64,000 nt of DNA. It comes from an uncultured Campylobacteraceae bacterium (GTDB lineage Bacteria; Campylobacterota; Campylobacteria; Campylobacterales; JALSKU01). Where the stretch lies: contig CAZKWE010000029.1 of the NCBI GenBank assembly GCA_964556545.1, positions 2,829 to 66,828 of the forward strand. The letters run 5' to 3'. The translations under genes and the position numbers were made by a program. The notes below the pieces were generated by a model. That model searched no databases, had not been told where the DNA came from, and saw nothing but the letters and a program-made list of their open reading frames with translations. Of this stretch, positions 9,880 to 19,448 are shown in pieces (within the stretch, counting starts at the first letter, position 1; each line of letters opens with the position of its first letter).

Positions 9880-10070
9880 CGACAACTGCTTGTCGTTCGG
9901 CGATTTTTTGGACAAATCGATGTGCATTTATGCACCGGTTTGTCGGGGTACCTTGAAGCAAATTTTAATTTGCGGTTCATTTCGGAACGAAATGGAATCA
10001 AATCAAATGATTTCGCAAACCAAGAAATTGCTTTTTGCCAAGCGACAACTGCTTGTCGTTCGGCGATTTT
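9880..10070. repeat. Perfect 28-nt direct repeat (9880..9907 and 10043..10070) bracketing about 135 nt of hairpin-rich spacer inside the tRNA operon
   Basis: CGACAACTGCTTGTCGTTCGGCGATTTT occurs twice. Each copy holds a hairpin CGACAA-CTGC-TTGTCG, extendable to 9 bp in copy 1. Confidence 0.8.
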
Positions 10071-10141
10071 ATATCTTTATAGACTAAAAACAATCCAAAG
10101 AGATATACAAAAACAGCAAATATTTATCATTTACAGTTTTA

Positions 10142-10216
<75 letters not shown>

Positions 10217-10231
10217 AAAAAAAGAGATGAA

Positions 10232-10237
10232 ATTATA
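10232..10237 (-). promoter_or_regulatory. Candidate -10 box (TATAAT) for the Gly-Leu-Cys-Ser tRNA operon
   Basis: Minus strand reads GGATATAATTTCATCTCTTTTTTT immediately before the tRNA-Gly 5' end. No clear -35. Confidence 0.4.
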
Positions 10238-10308
10238 TCCAAAAAAAAGCTAAAAGTAAAGCAAAATAAGTTATAATCACTCAAAATATTATTTATAAGG
10301 AATAGTGC

Positions 10309-12003
10309 ATGAGAAGTGATGAAGTTAAAAAAGGATATCAAAGAGCACCACATAGAAGTCTCTTTAGGGCAACAGGCTTGAAGGATGAGGATTTTGATAA
10401 GCCGTTTATCGGTGTAGCCAACTCTTTTATTGAGATAATCCCCGGACACTTTTTTCTTGATAAGTATGCCAAAATTATAAAAGACGAGATAAGAAAAAAC
10501 GGATGTGTACCATTTGAATTTAACACCATAGGGGTTGATGACGGTATTGCTATGGGGCATGACGGTATGCTTTATTCCTTGCCAAGCAGAGAGCTTATAG
10601 CTAATTGCATTGAAACTGTTATGAATGCACATAAGCTTGATGCTATGATTTGTATACCCAACTGTGACAAAATAACTCCCGGTATGGTTATGGGAGCATT
10701 AAGGGTAAATGTTCCAACTGTTTTTGTTACGGGAGGACCGATGAAAGCCGGCAAATTAAATGATGGTACATCTATAGATTTGGCAACTGTTTTTGAAGGA
10801 GTAGGACAGCTTGAAGCAGGAGAAATAACTGAAGAAAAACTGGTTGAGCTTGAATGTGCGGCATGCCCAAGCGGAGGAAGTTGTAGCGGTATGTTTACTG
10901 CCAACAGTATGAATACTTTATTAGAAGCCATGGGAGTAGCATTAAAAGGCAACGGAACTATACTGGCTTTAACTCCAAAGAGAGAAGAGCTTTTGAGAAA
11001 AGCTGCTAAAAGGATATGCGAAATAGCAAAGTCAAAAGAATTGTCGGAAAAATTCAAGTTTAAAAACATACTAAATAAAAAAGCGATAAATAATGCTTTT
11101 GCCGTTGATATGGCAATGGGCGGAAGCACTAACACAGTTTTGCATATGTTAGCTATAGCAAGAGAAGCAGGAGTTGATTTTGACTTGGCAAATATAAATG
11201 AAATGAGCAAAAAAGTTTCCCATATAGCAAAAATTTCTCCATCTCTTTCTACTGTTCATATGGAAGATATACATAGTGCCGGTGGTGTTAGTGCCGTTAT
11301 GAAAGAGATAACAAAAAGAGGCAATAATGTTTTGGCACTTGACAATTTAACTATCGAGGGAGAAACCATAGGAGAAAGAATAGACAAATCCGAGATAACC
11401 GATATAGATATTATCCACACAATAGACAATCCTTACAGTAAAGTAGGAGGGCTTGCCATACTTTACGGAAATCTTGCACTTGAAGGAGCAGTTATAAAAA
11501 CTGCCGGAGTAATTGCAAGTATGAGAAAATATAGTGGTAAAGCAGTTTGCTTTGATTCTCAGGATGATGCTATAAAAGGTATAACCGGTGGTAAAGTAAA
11601 AGCCGGAGATGTAGTAGTTATAAGGTATGAAGGGCCAAAGGGAGGCCCCGGTATGCAAGAAATGCTAAGTCCCACTTCACTTATTATGGGAATGGGATTG
11701 GGAGATAAAGTCGCACTTATAACAGACGGAAGATTTAGCGGGGCAACACACGGAGCAAGTGTGGGTCATGTTTCACCCGAAGCCGCTGAAGGCGGAGTGA
11801 TAGGACTTTTGAAAGATGGTGATATTATAGATATTGATGTTGATGAACATATATTGAGTGTTAGATTGAGTGATGAGGAAATTGAAAAAAGAAGAAAAAC
11901 TTTTAATCCAAAACCAAGAAAAATTGATAGCAAATGGCTTAAACAGTATAGAATTCTTGTAACAAATGCGGCTCACGGGGCAGTGTTAAAAACCGAGCTT
12001 TAA
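10309..12003 (+). CDS. ilvD: Dihydroxy-acid dehydratase
   Basis: 564 aa. Conserved IlvD motifs [19 protein letters not shown] (Fe-S ligand region), [19 protein letters not shown]. Confidence 0.95.
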   Translation: MRSDEVKKGYQRAPHRSLFRATGLKDEDFDKPFIGVANSFIEIIPGHFFLDKYAKIIKDEIRKNGCVPFEFNTIGVDDGIAMGHDGMLYSLPSRELIANCIETVMNAHKLDAMICIPNCDKITPGMVMGALRVNVPTVFVTGGPMKAGKLNDGTSIDLATVFEGVGQLEAGEITEEKLVELECAACPSGGSCSGMFTANSMNTLLEAMGVALKGNGTILALTPKREELLRKAAKRICEIAKSKELSEKFKFKNILNKKAINNAFAVDMAMGGSTNTVLHMLAIAREAGVDFDLANINEMSKKVSHIAKISPSLSTVHMEDIHSAGGVSAVMKEITKRGNNVLALDNLTIEGETIGERIDKSEITDIDIIHTIDNPYSKVGGLAILYGNLALEGAVIKTAGVIASMRKYSGKAVCFDSQDDAIKGITGGKVKAGDVVVIRYEGPKGGPGMQEMLSPTSLIMGMGLGDKVALITDGRFSGATHGASVGHVSPEAAEGGVIGLLKDGDIIDIDVDEHILSVRLSDEEIEKRRKTFNPKPRKIDSKWLKQYRILVTNAAHGAVLKTEL

Positions 12004-12006
12004 TAA

Positions 12007-12648
12007 ATGGAAAGTTTTTTCAATCTATTCTTGGCTGAGGCAGTAGCCGTCTTTGCCATACTTGATCCTGTGGGAGTGAGTGCAATGTTGCCATCACTCC
12101 TGCATCAAAATATTACAAAACAAGAAATTAGAAAAGTTGCTTTTATGGCAACTTTAACTGCCGTTATAGCCTTTTTTATTGTGCTTTTGAGTGGAGACTT
12201 TATACTAAAACTTTTCGGTATAGATATGAATTCACTAAAAGCAATGGGCGGAGTTGTACTTTTGCTCATGGCAGTAAATATGGTAAATGGCCATAGTAAA
12301 AAAAAGTCTCATCACTCGAAAGAAGAAGAGGATGAAGCAAAAGAGCATGAAAATCTGGCTGTTATACCCATAGGAATACCAATTATTTTCGGCCCCGGAC
12401 TTTTTGCAACGGTAATAGTTTATAAGTCTCAAGCAGAAAATATCCAAGATGTATTTTCTTTGATTTTCGCTTTTTTGATAAATGCTTTTATTCTTTATAT
12501 GACTCTTAGAAATTCTATATATATCAAAAAAGTTGTGGGTATTACGGGGGAAAGAATAGTTACAAGACTTATGGGTCTTATAACGGGTGCTATTGCTATA
12601 CAATTTATAGTTGGCGGCGTAGTTGAAATCGTAAAGAAATATATATGA
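12007..12648 (+). CDS. MarC family (UPF0056/NAAT) integral membrane protein
   Basis: 213 aa. N-terminal FAILDPVG motif and six hydrophobic segments. Central charged His/Lys/Glu loop (HSKKKSHHSKEEEDEAKEHE). Confidence 0.75.
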   Translation: MESFFNLFLAEAVAVFAILDPVGVSAMLPSLLHQNITKQEIRKVAFMATLTAVIAFFIVLLSGDFILKLFGIDMNSLKAMGGVVLLLMAVNMVNGHSKKKSHHSKEEEDEAKEHENLAVIPIGIPIIFGPGLFATVIVYKSQAENIQDVFSLIFAFLINAFILYMTLRNSIYIKKVVGITGERIVTRLMGLITGAIAIQFIVGGVVEIVKKYI

Positions 12649-12945
12649 AACAATCATGCTTCAAAAAACACAAACAAAAATAAAAATCATGATTGTTTCT
12701 CTCGCCGACAGGTGTAGCATAAGTTTTACCCCACAAAATTTTAAAATTTTGTGGGGACCCCAAAGAGATAGGAATTTTTGTTGGAATTTATTTCCGACAA
12801 AAAGGAGATATTAAAATGAAACAATCATATTTCAAAAAAACACAAACAAAAATAAAAATCATGATTGTTTCTCTCGCCGACAGGCGTAGCTTTAGTGATA
12901 GGAATTTTTGCCGGAATTCATTTCCGACAAAAAGGAGATTTTAAG
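12645..12945 (+). repeat. Tandem direct duplication of a ~130-nt leader unit (copy 1 12645..12815 with a 48-nt insertion; copy 2 12816..12945)
   Basis: Both copies start ATGAAACAATCAT and end AAAAGGAGAT(A/T)TTAA. They are near-identical apart from a few substitutions, a 1-nt A-run indel and the insertion block. Details in findings. Confidence 0.85.
12729..12756. repeat. Perfect 28-nt palindrome CCCCACAAAATTTTAAAATTTTGTGGGG, present only in copy 1 of the duplicated leader
   Basis: Read directly. The two 14-nt arms are exact reverse complements. Confidence 0.9.
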
Positions 12946-13965
12946 GTGAAAATTATGATTGCTATGAGCGGAGGAGTTGACTCTTCAACCGTAGCTTATA
13001 TGCTTAAAAACCAAGGACATGAAGTGGAGGGAGTTTATATGAAACTCCACAATAACCCAAACTATCATAAAACCAATATAGAAAAAGTTAAAAAAATAGC
13101 TGAGTTTTTGGGTATCAAATATCATGTTTTGGACTTAAGCAAAAAATTTGACAAGTTTGTCTATAAACCCTTTATAGATAGTTACAAAAAAGGCAAAACG
13201 CCAAATCCGTGTATCTTATGCAACCGCACTATCAAATTTGGCGAACTTGTAGATTTTACAAAAAAAGAAGGGTTTGATAAACTCGCAACCGGACATTATG
13301 CAGATATCAAAGATGGTTTTATATCCGAAGCCAAAGACAAAAGCAAAGATCAAAGCTACTTCTTGTCTAATATAAAAAAAGAAAATATACCGTATCTTTT
13401 ATTTCCCTTGAACGATATATTGAAAAAAGATTTAAAAACTACCGCATCAAAAATAAAAATATTAAAAGATTTTTCAGCACAAAAAGAGAGTAGTGAAATA
13501 TGCTTTGTAGATACGACTTACATAGATATCTTAAAAGATTATATCGATACTGATATGCCGGGAAATGTTGTAGATAAAAACGGCAATATTATAGGCAGAC
13601 ACAAAGGATATATGCATTACACCATAGGCAAAAGAAAAGGTTTTGAAGTTTTTGGTGCACTCACTCCCCACTATGTTATCAAAATAGACCCGAATAAAAA
13701 CGAGATAACCGCAGGTAGCAAAGAAGATCTCAAGATAAAAAGTTTTTTTATAAAGGATATCAATCTTTTTATAGACAAATATGAATTTGAAGCCGGTGTA
13801 AAGATAAGATACAGAAGTTCTAAAACTCCATGCAGGGTTATTTTAGACAAAGAAAACAATAGTGGAGAAGTTTTACTTAAAGAACCTGTTTCCGGACTTG
13901 CAAGCGGACAAATGGCAGTTTTTTACAATGATGATAAAGTCATAGCAGGAGGATGGATAGTATAA
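12946..13965 (+). CDS. mnmA: tRNA 2-thiouridine(34) synthase MnmA
   Basis: Track ORF starts at TTG 12865. I prefer GTG 12946, 8 nt after AAGGAG, giving VKIMIAMSGGVDSS (PP-loop SGGVDS). An ATG at 12955 is an alternative. Conserved GKTPNPCILCN and ATGHYA motifs. Confidence 0.85.
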   Translation: MKIMIAMSGGVDSSTVAYMLKNQGHEVEGVYMKLHNNPNYHKTNIEKVKKIAEFLGIKYHVLDLSKKFDKFVYKPFIDSYKKGKTPNPCILCNRTIKFGELVDFTKKEGFDKLATGHYADIKDGFISEAKDKSKDQSYFLSNIKKENIPYLLFPLNDILKKDLKTTASKIKILKDFSAQKESSEICFVDTTYIDILKDYIDTDMPGNVVDKNGNIIGRHKGYMHYTIGKRKGFEVFGALTPHYVIKIDPNKNEITAGSKEDLKIKSFFIKDINLFIDKYEFEAGVKIRYRSSKTPCRVILDKENNSGEVLLKEPVSGLASGQMAVFYNDDKVIAGGWIV

Positions 13966-13982
13966 TTTATCTTTTAATGTTT

Positions 13983-16007
13983 TTACCTTTTTCTTTCTTC
14001 AATTATCTTCTTTATGATTTTATTTTTGTTTGCTGAAAAAGCAAAACATGTATCTACCTTACATGCAATAAAATTCTTATTATTTATTGCTTTGTAAAGT
14101 ATAAATACACAAGAAAGTTTTTTCTGTAAATCTTCTTTTAACTTCATTAAGGAAGCTTTTTTACTTTTTATAATGATATATCCCTTTTTAAAGGCCAAAA
14201 TATCAAGTACGGCCTGCGGAAAATTAGCCGGATATTTTGATACGAGCATACTGTTTGTTTCTATGGTATTTTTTGCCAACTCTTCATATGACAATTTTTC
14301 TTTTAAAAGAGCAAGCTTTAAAAGATTATCAACCATGATTCCAAGTGAACTTACATAGGCATTATCGTCAAATGTGGCTTTTACCCTAAAAGGCTTTAAA
14401 GAATAGTACCAAATACCATTTGTATAAAATTTTGAAATTGCTTTCTTGGTAAAATCATTGGCTTTTTTTAAATAAGAATTATCAAAAGTTGCTTCATATG
14501 CACCAATCAGTGCTGAAACCAAAAATGAATAATCCTCAAGATTTGCCTCTATTTTTGGCTTTTTGCCAAGAAGTACCTGATGATAAAGCTTTTTATCTAC
14601 ATATATTTTACTCATCAGGGATTTAATGGATTCAACAGCATAATTCTTATACTCAGGATTTATTTTAGATGCTTTAAAAAGTGATTTTATTAAAAGTGCA
14701 TTCCACGAAGTCAATATCTTATGATCCACAAAAGGATACACTCTTTTTTCTCTTATACTGAGCAAAACTTTTTTTGCTTTATCAAAATTTTTGGGCTTTG
14801 TATCTATTTCATCAATATAGGGATTATTTTTTCCTTCAAAATTTCCGGTTTTTGTAATATTTAAATAATCAAGTATCTCTTTGTAATTTTTTATACCGGC
14901 TCCGACAAGTGCAGCTTTTACTTCTTGATAATTAAAAACAAAATAGGCACCTTCTTCTTTTTTTCCAGTTTTCATATCTATACTATCCGCGTCACTTGCA
15001 CTGTAAAAAACTCTATCTTTTTCAAATTTATGTTTTAAAAACACCACCAAATCATTGACTATATTTTTATACAATTCTTTTTTTGTTATCCTATAAGCCA
15101 GAGTGTAAACTTCCAAAAGTTCCGCATTTGTATAGAGCATTTTTTCAAAATGAGGTATCATCCATTTTTCATCAGTTGAATATCTGTAAAAACCGCTCTC
15201 GATTTGATCATAAATCCCGCCTTTTGCCATAGCTGTAAGTATACCCTCAGCCATATCAAGAACTTTTTTATTGTGATTTAATTCATATATTCTAAGCAAT
15301 ACTCTCAATGTAGAACAATGAGGGAATTTCGGAGCAAAACCTATTCCGTAATTGTCTTTATCGAAATTTTTTTCAACTCCTTTGATAAACTTTTCTTCTA
15401 TATTGTTTTCAATCATATTTGAAAATTTTTTAGGCTTGGTTTCCATTATATTAAGATATTTTTGTACTTCTGAAGCTACATTTTCTATCTTTTTATAATT
15501 ATTTTTTTTCAATTCAATAAAATATTTTAACAACTCCATAAGCCCCACTCTTCCATATTTTGTCTCTCTTGGAATATATGTTGCACTAAAAAACGGTTTT
15601 CCGTCGGGAGTTAAAATAATACTTAACGGCCATCCGCCTCCTCTTTTGTTCATAAGATAATAAACATCTTGAAAATGCTTATCAACAGATGGCATCTCTT
15701 CTGTATCAACTTTGATGGCAATATAATTATCATTTAGAATTTTTGCAACTTCTTCATTTTCAAAAGACTCCTCTTCCATTACATGACACCAGTGACAAGT
15801 GCTGTATCCGATAGATAAAAAAATGAGCTTATTTTCCTTTTTTGCTTTCTCAAAAGCTTTTTTACTCCATGGCATCCAATTTACAGGATTATGTGCATGC
15901 TGTAAAAGATATGGAGAATCTTCATATATTAATTCATTTGTATATTTGTAGGTTTTTGCCTGTGTCATTATTGTCACCATAATTAAAATAAATATGACTT
16001 TTTTCAT
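13983..16007 (-). CDS. Thioredoxin-domain protein of the DUF255/YyaL type (thioredoxin fold plus alpha/alpha-toroid domain), with an N-terminal signal-like helix
   Basis: 674 aa. [29 protein letters not shown] and GGWPLS motifs typical of DUF255 proteins. Confidence 0.8.
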   Translation of the reverse strand: MKKVIFILIMVTIMTQAKTYKYTNELIYEDSPYLLQHAHNPVNWMPWSKKAFEKAKKENKLIFLSIGYSTCHWCHVMEEESFENEEVAKILNDNYIAIKVDTEEMPSVDKHFQDVYYLMNKRGGGWPLSIILTPDGKPFFSATYIPRETKYGRVGLMELLKYFIELKKNNYKKIENVASEVQKYLNIMETKPKKFSNMIENNIEEKFIKGVEKNFDKDNYGIGFAPKFPHCSTLRVLLRIYELNHNKKVLDMAEGILTAMAKGGIYDQIESGFYRYSTDEKWMIPHFEKMLYTNAELLEVYTLAYRITKKELYKNIVNDLVVFLKHKFEKDRVFYSASDADSIDMKTGKKEEGAYFVFNYQEVKAALVGAGIKNYKEILDYLNITKTGNFEGKNNPYIDEIDTKPKNFDKAKKVLLSIREKRVYPFVDHKILTSWNALLIKSLFKASKINPEYKNYAVESIKSLMSKIYVDKKLYHQVLLGKKPKIEANLEDYSFLVSALIGAYEATFDNSYLKKANDFTKKAISKFYTNGIWYYSLKPFRVKATFDDNAYVSSLGIMVDNLLKLALLKEKLSYEELAKNTIETNSMLVSKYPANFPQAVLDILAFKKGYIIIKSKKASLMKLKEDLQKKLSCVFILYKAINNKNFIACKVDTCFAFSANKNKIIKKIIEERKR

Positions 16008-16115
16008 ATTTGTTCCTCATAAAAGATATCTAAGAGTATCAAAATCGTTGTTAATGCACGATTTTTTCACAATTTTAATATAAAGTTTTAAGTATAAAAC
16101 AAATGGAGGTCTAAA

Positions 16116-16646
16116 ATGAAAAAACTAATTTTAATCGGACTGATTGCAGGACTTGGTATAAATTTGAGTGCAGAAAGTTTTATTATACGAGATAGAGCCG
16201 AAGTTGTAAGAAGCAAACCTATATATAGAAATGTTGTAAAAAGAGTTCCCTATCAAGAGTGTTGGAACGAACAAGTGCCTGTCAATGATTATTATGACGA
16301 TGACGGTGGTAATACCATAGACAATAATTTTGGTGCCCTTATAGGCGGAGTTGCAGGAGGTATTTTGGGACATCAATTAGGAGGTGGTAGTGGCAAAACC
16401 GCCGCTACTGTCGGAGGTGCAATCATTGGAACACTTGTTGGAAAAAATCTCTCACATACAAATCACAGAAGAAGATACACAAGCGGATACACAACAAAAC
16501 GCAAATGTGTAACAAAATACAGCGAAACAAGAGATACAGTTATAACAAGATATAAAAATATAGCTTACTATCAAGGCAGAAAAATAGTGAAATTCAGCAA
16601 CAAGCCTTTAAGATATATAAGTATCAGAAAAATTATAGAGTATTAA
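16116..16646 (+). CDS. Glycine-zipper (2TM/Rick_17kDa-like) secreted or outer-membrane protein
   Basis: Signal peptide MKKLILIGLIAGLGINLSA. Glycine zipper GALIGGVAGGILGHQLGGGSGKTAATVGGAIIGTLVG. Confidence 0.7.
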   Translation: MKKLILIGLIAGLGINLSAESFIIRDRAEVVRSKPIYRNVVKRVPYQECWNEQVPVNDYYDDDGGNTIDNNFGALIGGVAGGILGHQLGGGSGKTAATVGGAIIGTLVGKNLSHTNHRRRYTSGYTTKRKCVTKYSETRDTVITRYKNIAYYQGRKIVKFSNKPLRYISIRKIIEY

Positions 16647-16671
16647 GCATCTTGCCAAAACAATACAAATT

Positions 16672-16703
16672 AATATGCGGGAAAAACTATCCCGCATATT
16701 TTA
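16672..16703. terminator. Rho-independent terminator hairpin after the glycine-zipper gene
   Basis: AATATGCGGGA-AAAACTA-TCCCGCATATT (11-bp stem) followed by T-rich sequence. Confidence 0.8.
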
Positions 16704-16889
16704 ATGTTTCTTCATACCCGTCTTTAATAACTTCATAAATATTTCTAACCTCTTTCGCATCGCCAATTACAGAATATTTTATACCTATTTTGTTCAAATA
16801 CCGTCATATAGTAGCAACACCTACTTTTGATTAGATTTTAAGTCTTTTTTTAGTAGTATTTGGCACAAAACAATTATCAAGGAGCTATA

Positions 16890-18230
16890 TTGTTAGGTTC
16901 ATTAACTGACTCTTTTAAAACAGCTATAAATAAAATACGCTTTGCTGATGATGACAAAGCATTGAAAAAAGCACTTGACAATCTCAAAAAATCACTTCTT
17001 AAAAGCGATGTTCACCATAAAGTGGTAAGAGAGCTTATAAAAAATGTAGAAATCGAGACTAAAAGAGCCGGTATTGGAAAAGAAAACTTTCTAAAATCAC
17101 TCAAAGAAAATCTCTTAAATATTCTTAATACAGGTGGAAAACAGGGATTTGTTTTTTCTTCAAAACCTCCTACCGTTGTTTTAATGAGCGGACTTCAAGG
17201 AAGCGGTAAAACTACCACTACTGTAAAACTTGCATACTATTTGAAACTCAGAAAGAAAAAGGTACTAATTGCCGCTTGCGATTTACAACGTCTTGCTGCC
17301 GTAGAGCAATTAAAACAACTATGTGAACAAAATGAATTGGATCTTTACTATGATGAAAACGAGAAAAATCCTCTTAAAATCGCAAAAAATGCCTTAAAAA
17401 AAGCAAAGGATGCTCTTTATGATGTACTTTTAGTAGATACCGCGGGACGACTTGCCATAGACGAAGAATTAATGGATGAATTAAACTCTATCAAAAAAGC
17501 TTTAAATCCCGATGAAGTATTTTATGTAGCTGATTCTCTAACCGGTCAGGATGCAGTAAGAAGTGCGGTAACTTTTAATGAAAAATTAGGACTCAGCGGT
17601 ATAATTCTTTCCAAATATGATGGTGACGGCAAAGGAGGAGTAGCTCTTGGAATTGCCAAACAAACCGGAGTTCCTTTGAGATTTGTAGGTATCGGGGAAA
17701 AAGCACCCGATCTTGAATTATTTATTCCTGAAAGAATTGTCAACAGACTCATGGGAGAAGGTGATCTTGCCTCTTTGGCAGAAAAAACAAGTACCATAAT
17801 AGACGAAAAAAAAGCTAAAAAATTAACCCAAAAAATGAAAAAAGGTGAATTTAATTTTAATGACTTTATGGAACAAATGGAAAGTATGAAAAAACTTGGC
17901 AATTTAAAATCAATAGTCGGAATGATACCCGGACTCTCATCTATGGCAAACCAGATAAAAGATATGGATCTGGAAAATTCGGCTGAAATAAAAGCTATGA
18001 AGGCTATGATTAGCTCAATGACAAAAAAGGAAAGAGAACATCCTTCACTTTTAAACAACAGTAGAAAAAGAAGAATTGCACAGGGTGCAGGATTATCTCA
18101 AATGCAAGTAAACCGTTTTATAAAACAATTCAACAATGCCGCTAAAATGGCTAAAAAATTCTCCGGCAAAAAAGGAATGCAGGATTTGCAAAGTCTCATG
18201 GGAGGACAGGGAAGAAATTTTCCAAGATAA
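16890..18230 (+). CDS. ffh: Signal recognition particle protein Ffh
   Basis: Track ORF from 16860. I prefer TTG 16890, 5 nt after AAGGAG, matching the usual N-terminus (LGSLTDSFKTAINKIRF). GLQGSGKTTT, DTAGR and a methionine-rich M domain. Confidence 0.9.
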   Translation: MLGSLTDSFKTAINKIRFADDDKALKKALDNLKKSLLKSDVHHKVVRELIKNVEIETKRAGIGKENFLKSLKENLLNILNTGGKQGFVFSSKPPTVVLMSGLQGSGKTTTTVKLAYYLKLRKKKVLIAACDLQRLAAVEQLKQLCEQNELDLYYDENEKNPLKIAKNALKKAKDALYDVLLVDTAGRLAIDEELMDELNSIKKALNPDEVFYVADSLTGQDAVRSAVTFNEKLGLSGIILSKYDGDGKGGVALGIAKQTGVPLRFVGIGEKAPDLELFIPERIVNRLMGEGDLASLAEKTSTIIDEKKAKKLTQKMKKGEFNFNDFMEQMESMKKLGNLKSIVGMIPGLSSMANQIKDMDLENSAEIKAMKAMISSMTKKEREHPSLLNNSRKRRIAQGAGLSQMQVNRFIKQFNNAAKMAKKFSGKKGMQDLQSLMGGQGRNFPR

Positions 18231-18304
18231 TATCAATATATAAAATTATTATTGATTAAAGGGTATTTTAATACTCATAAAAACTTTACAATTAGAACTA
18301 TTTT

Positions 18305-18313
18305 TGATATAAT
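18305..18313 (+). promoter_or_regulatory. Extended -10 promoter (TGATATAAT) for the rpsP operon
   Basis: TGnTATAAT match about 135 nt upstream of the rpsP ATG. Implies a long 5' UTR. Confidence 0.55.
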
Positions 18314-18447
18314 TCACTTTCGTTTTGACTTTTGAAATAATCCCTCTGTGATCAAAAGTTGCAAAAAACACCAAATGGTGGTAAGAGGCAAAATACTACA
18401 AATATTCTGCAACAATTTACCACACTAATACTTACAAAAGGAAAAAA

Positions 18448-18678
18448 ATGACAGTAGTTAGATTAACAAGAATGGGTAGAAAAAAGAAGCCTTTTTACAG
18501 AATTGTTGTAACAGACAGTAGAAAAAGAAGAGATGGTGGCTGGATAGAGTCAATAGGATACTATAACCCTTTAACCGAACCTGAAACTATAAAGTTTGAT
18601 GAAGAAAGACTTGCATATTGGAAAAGTGTCGGTGCAAAACTTAGCGACAGGGTAAAAAAGATCACCGAAAGCAAATAA
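18448..18678 (+). CDS. rpsP: 30S ribosomal protein S16
   Basis: [30 protein letters not shown] is a canonical S16 N-terminus. Confidence 0.95.
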   Translation: MTVVRLTRMGRKKKPFYRIVVTDSRKRRDGGWIESIGYYNPLTEPETIKFDEERLAYWKSVGAKLSDRVKKITESK

Positions 18679-18679
18679 A

Positions 18680-18928
18680 ATGGTTGAAGATTTTATACGT
18701 GAGTTTACACTTCTTTTAGTTGATAAACCCGAGCTTGTAAAAATAGAAAATAATACTGTTGATGAAAGTTACAGTGAAATTACCATCTATGCCCACAAGA
18801 GCGATACGGGTAAACTAATAGGCAAAGAAGGTAAAATGATAAACTCACTCAAAACTGTTATATCAGGATGCAAAGCCAAAGATAACAGATCATACAAAAT
18901 TATGGTAAAAGCGATTGAAGAAAAGTAA
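18680..18928 (+). CDS. KH-domain RNA-binding protein (YlqC/UPF0109 family)
   Basis: 82 aa between rpsP and rimM. GKLIGKEGKMINSLKTV is a KH GXXG-loop motif. Conserved operon position. Confidence 0.8.
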   Translation: MVEDFIREFTLLLVDKPELVKIENNTVDESYSEITIYAHKSDTGKLIGKEGKMINSLKTVISGCKAKDNRSYKIMVKAIEEK

Positions 18929-19448
18929 TCTTGTAAAGATTGCTCAGATAGGTAAAACTGTAGGTTTAAGGGGTGATTTAAAACTCCACCTACATACGGA
19001 TTTTCCTGAACAATTCAAAAAAAAGAGAGCTTTTTTTAAAAATGATTTAACTAAGCTTATCATAGAAAATTACAATCCCCAAAGAGGTATTGTAAAATTT
19101 TTTGGATTTGACGATAAAGAAGATGCTTCCGTACTTATAAACCAGTTTTTATATACTACTATCGAAGATAGCCAGAATTATTGTGCCTTAAAAGATAATG
19201 AATATTTTTGGTTTGACATTATAGATGCCAAAGTTTATCAGGATGATTTATATCTGGGTCATGTTGTTGATATCCAAAGATTTGACCCGGATGATTTTCT
19301 TGTGATAAAAACAGATAAAAATCTTCAAAATATGTCTCTGCCAAAACAATTTCTCATACCCTACATAAAAAGATATATTGTAGATTTTGATAAAAATAGC
19401 AAAACCATATATACCAAAGATACATTGGATTTACTAAAAAGTTCATGA
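18915..19448 (+). CDS. rimM: 16S rRNA processing protein RimM
   Basis: TTG start. [13 protein letters not shown] motif and PRC-barrel C-terminus. Conserved rpsP-rimM-trmD-rplS order. Confidence 0.85.
   Translation: MKKSNLVKIAQIGKTVGLRGDLKLHLHTDFPEQFKKKRAFFKNDLTKLIIENYNPQRGIVKFFGFDDKEDASVLINQFLYTTIEDSQNYCALKDNEYFWFDIIDAKVYQDDLYLGHVVDIQRFDPDDFLVIKTDKNLQNMSLPKQFLIPYIKRYIVDFDKNSKTIYTKDTLDLLKSS

Noticed and set aside
9880-10070. Could the two 28-nt palindrome-containing repeats be a minimal CRISPR array?
   Set aside because: There are only two copies, the intervening sequence is about 135 nt (far longer than a spacer), no cas genes are in the window, and the location is inside a tRNA operon.
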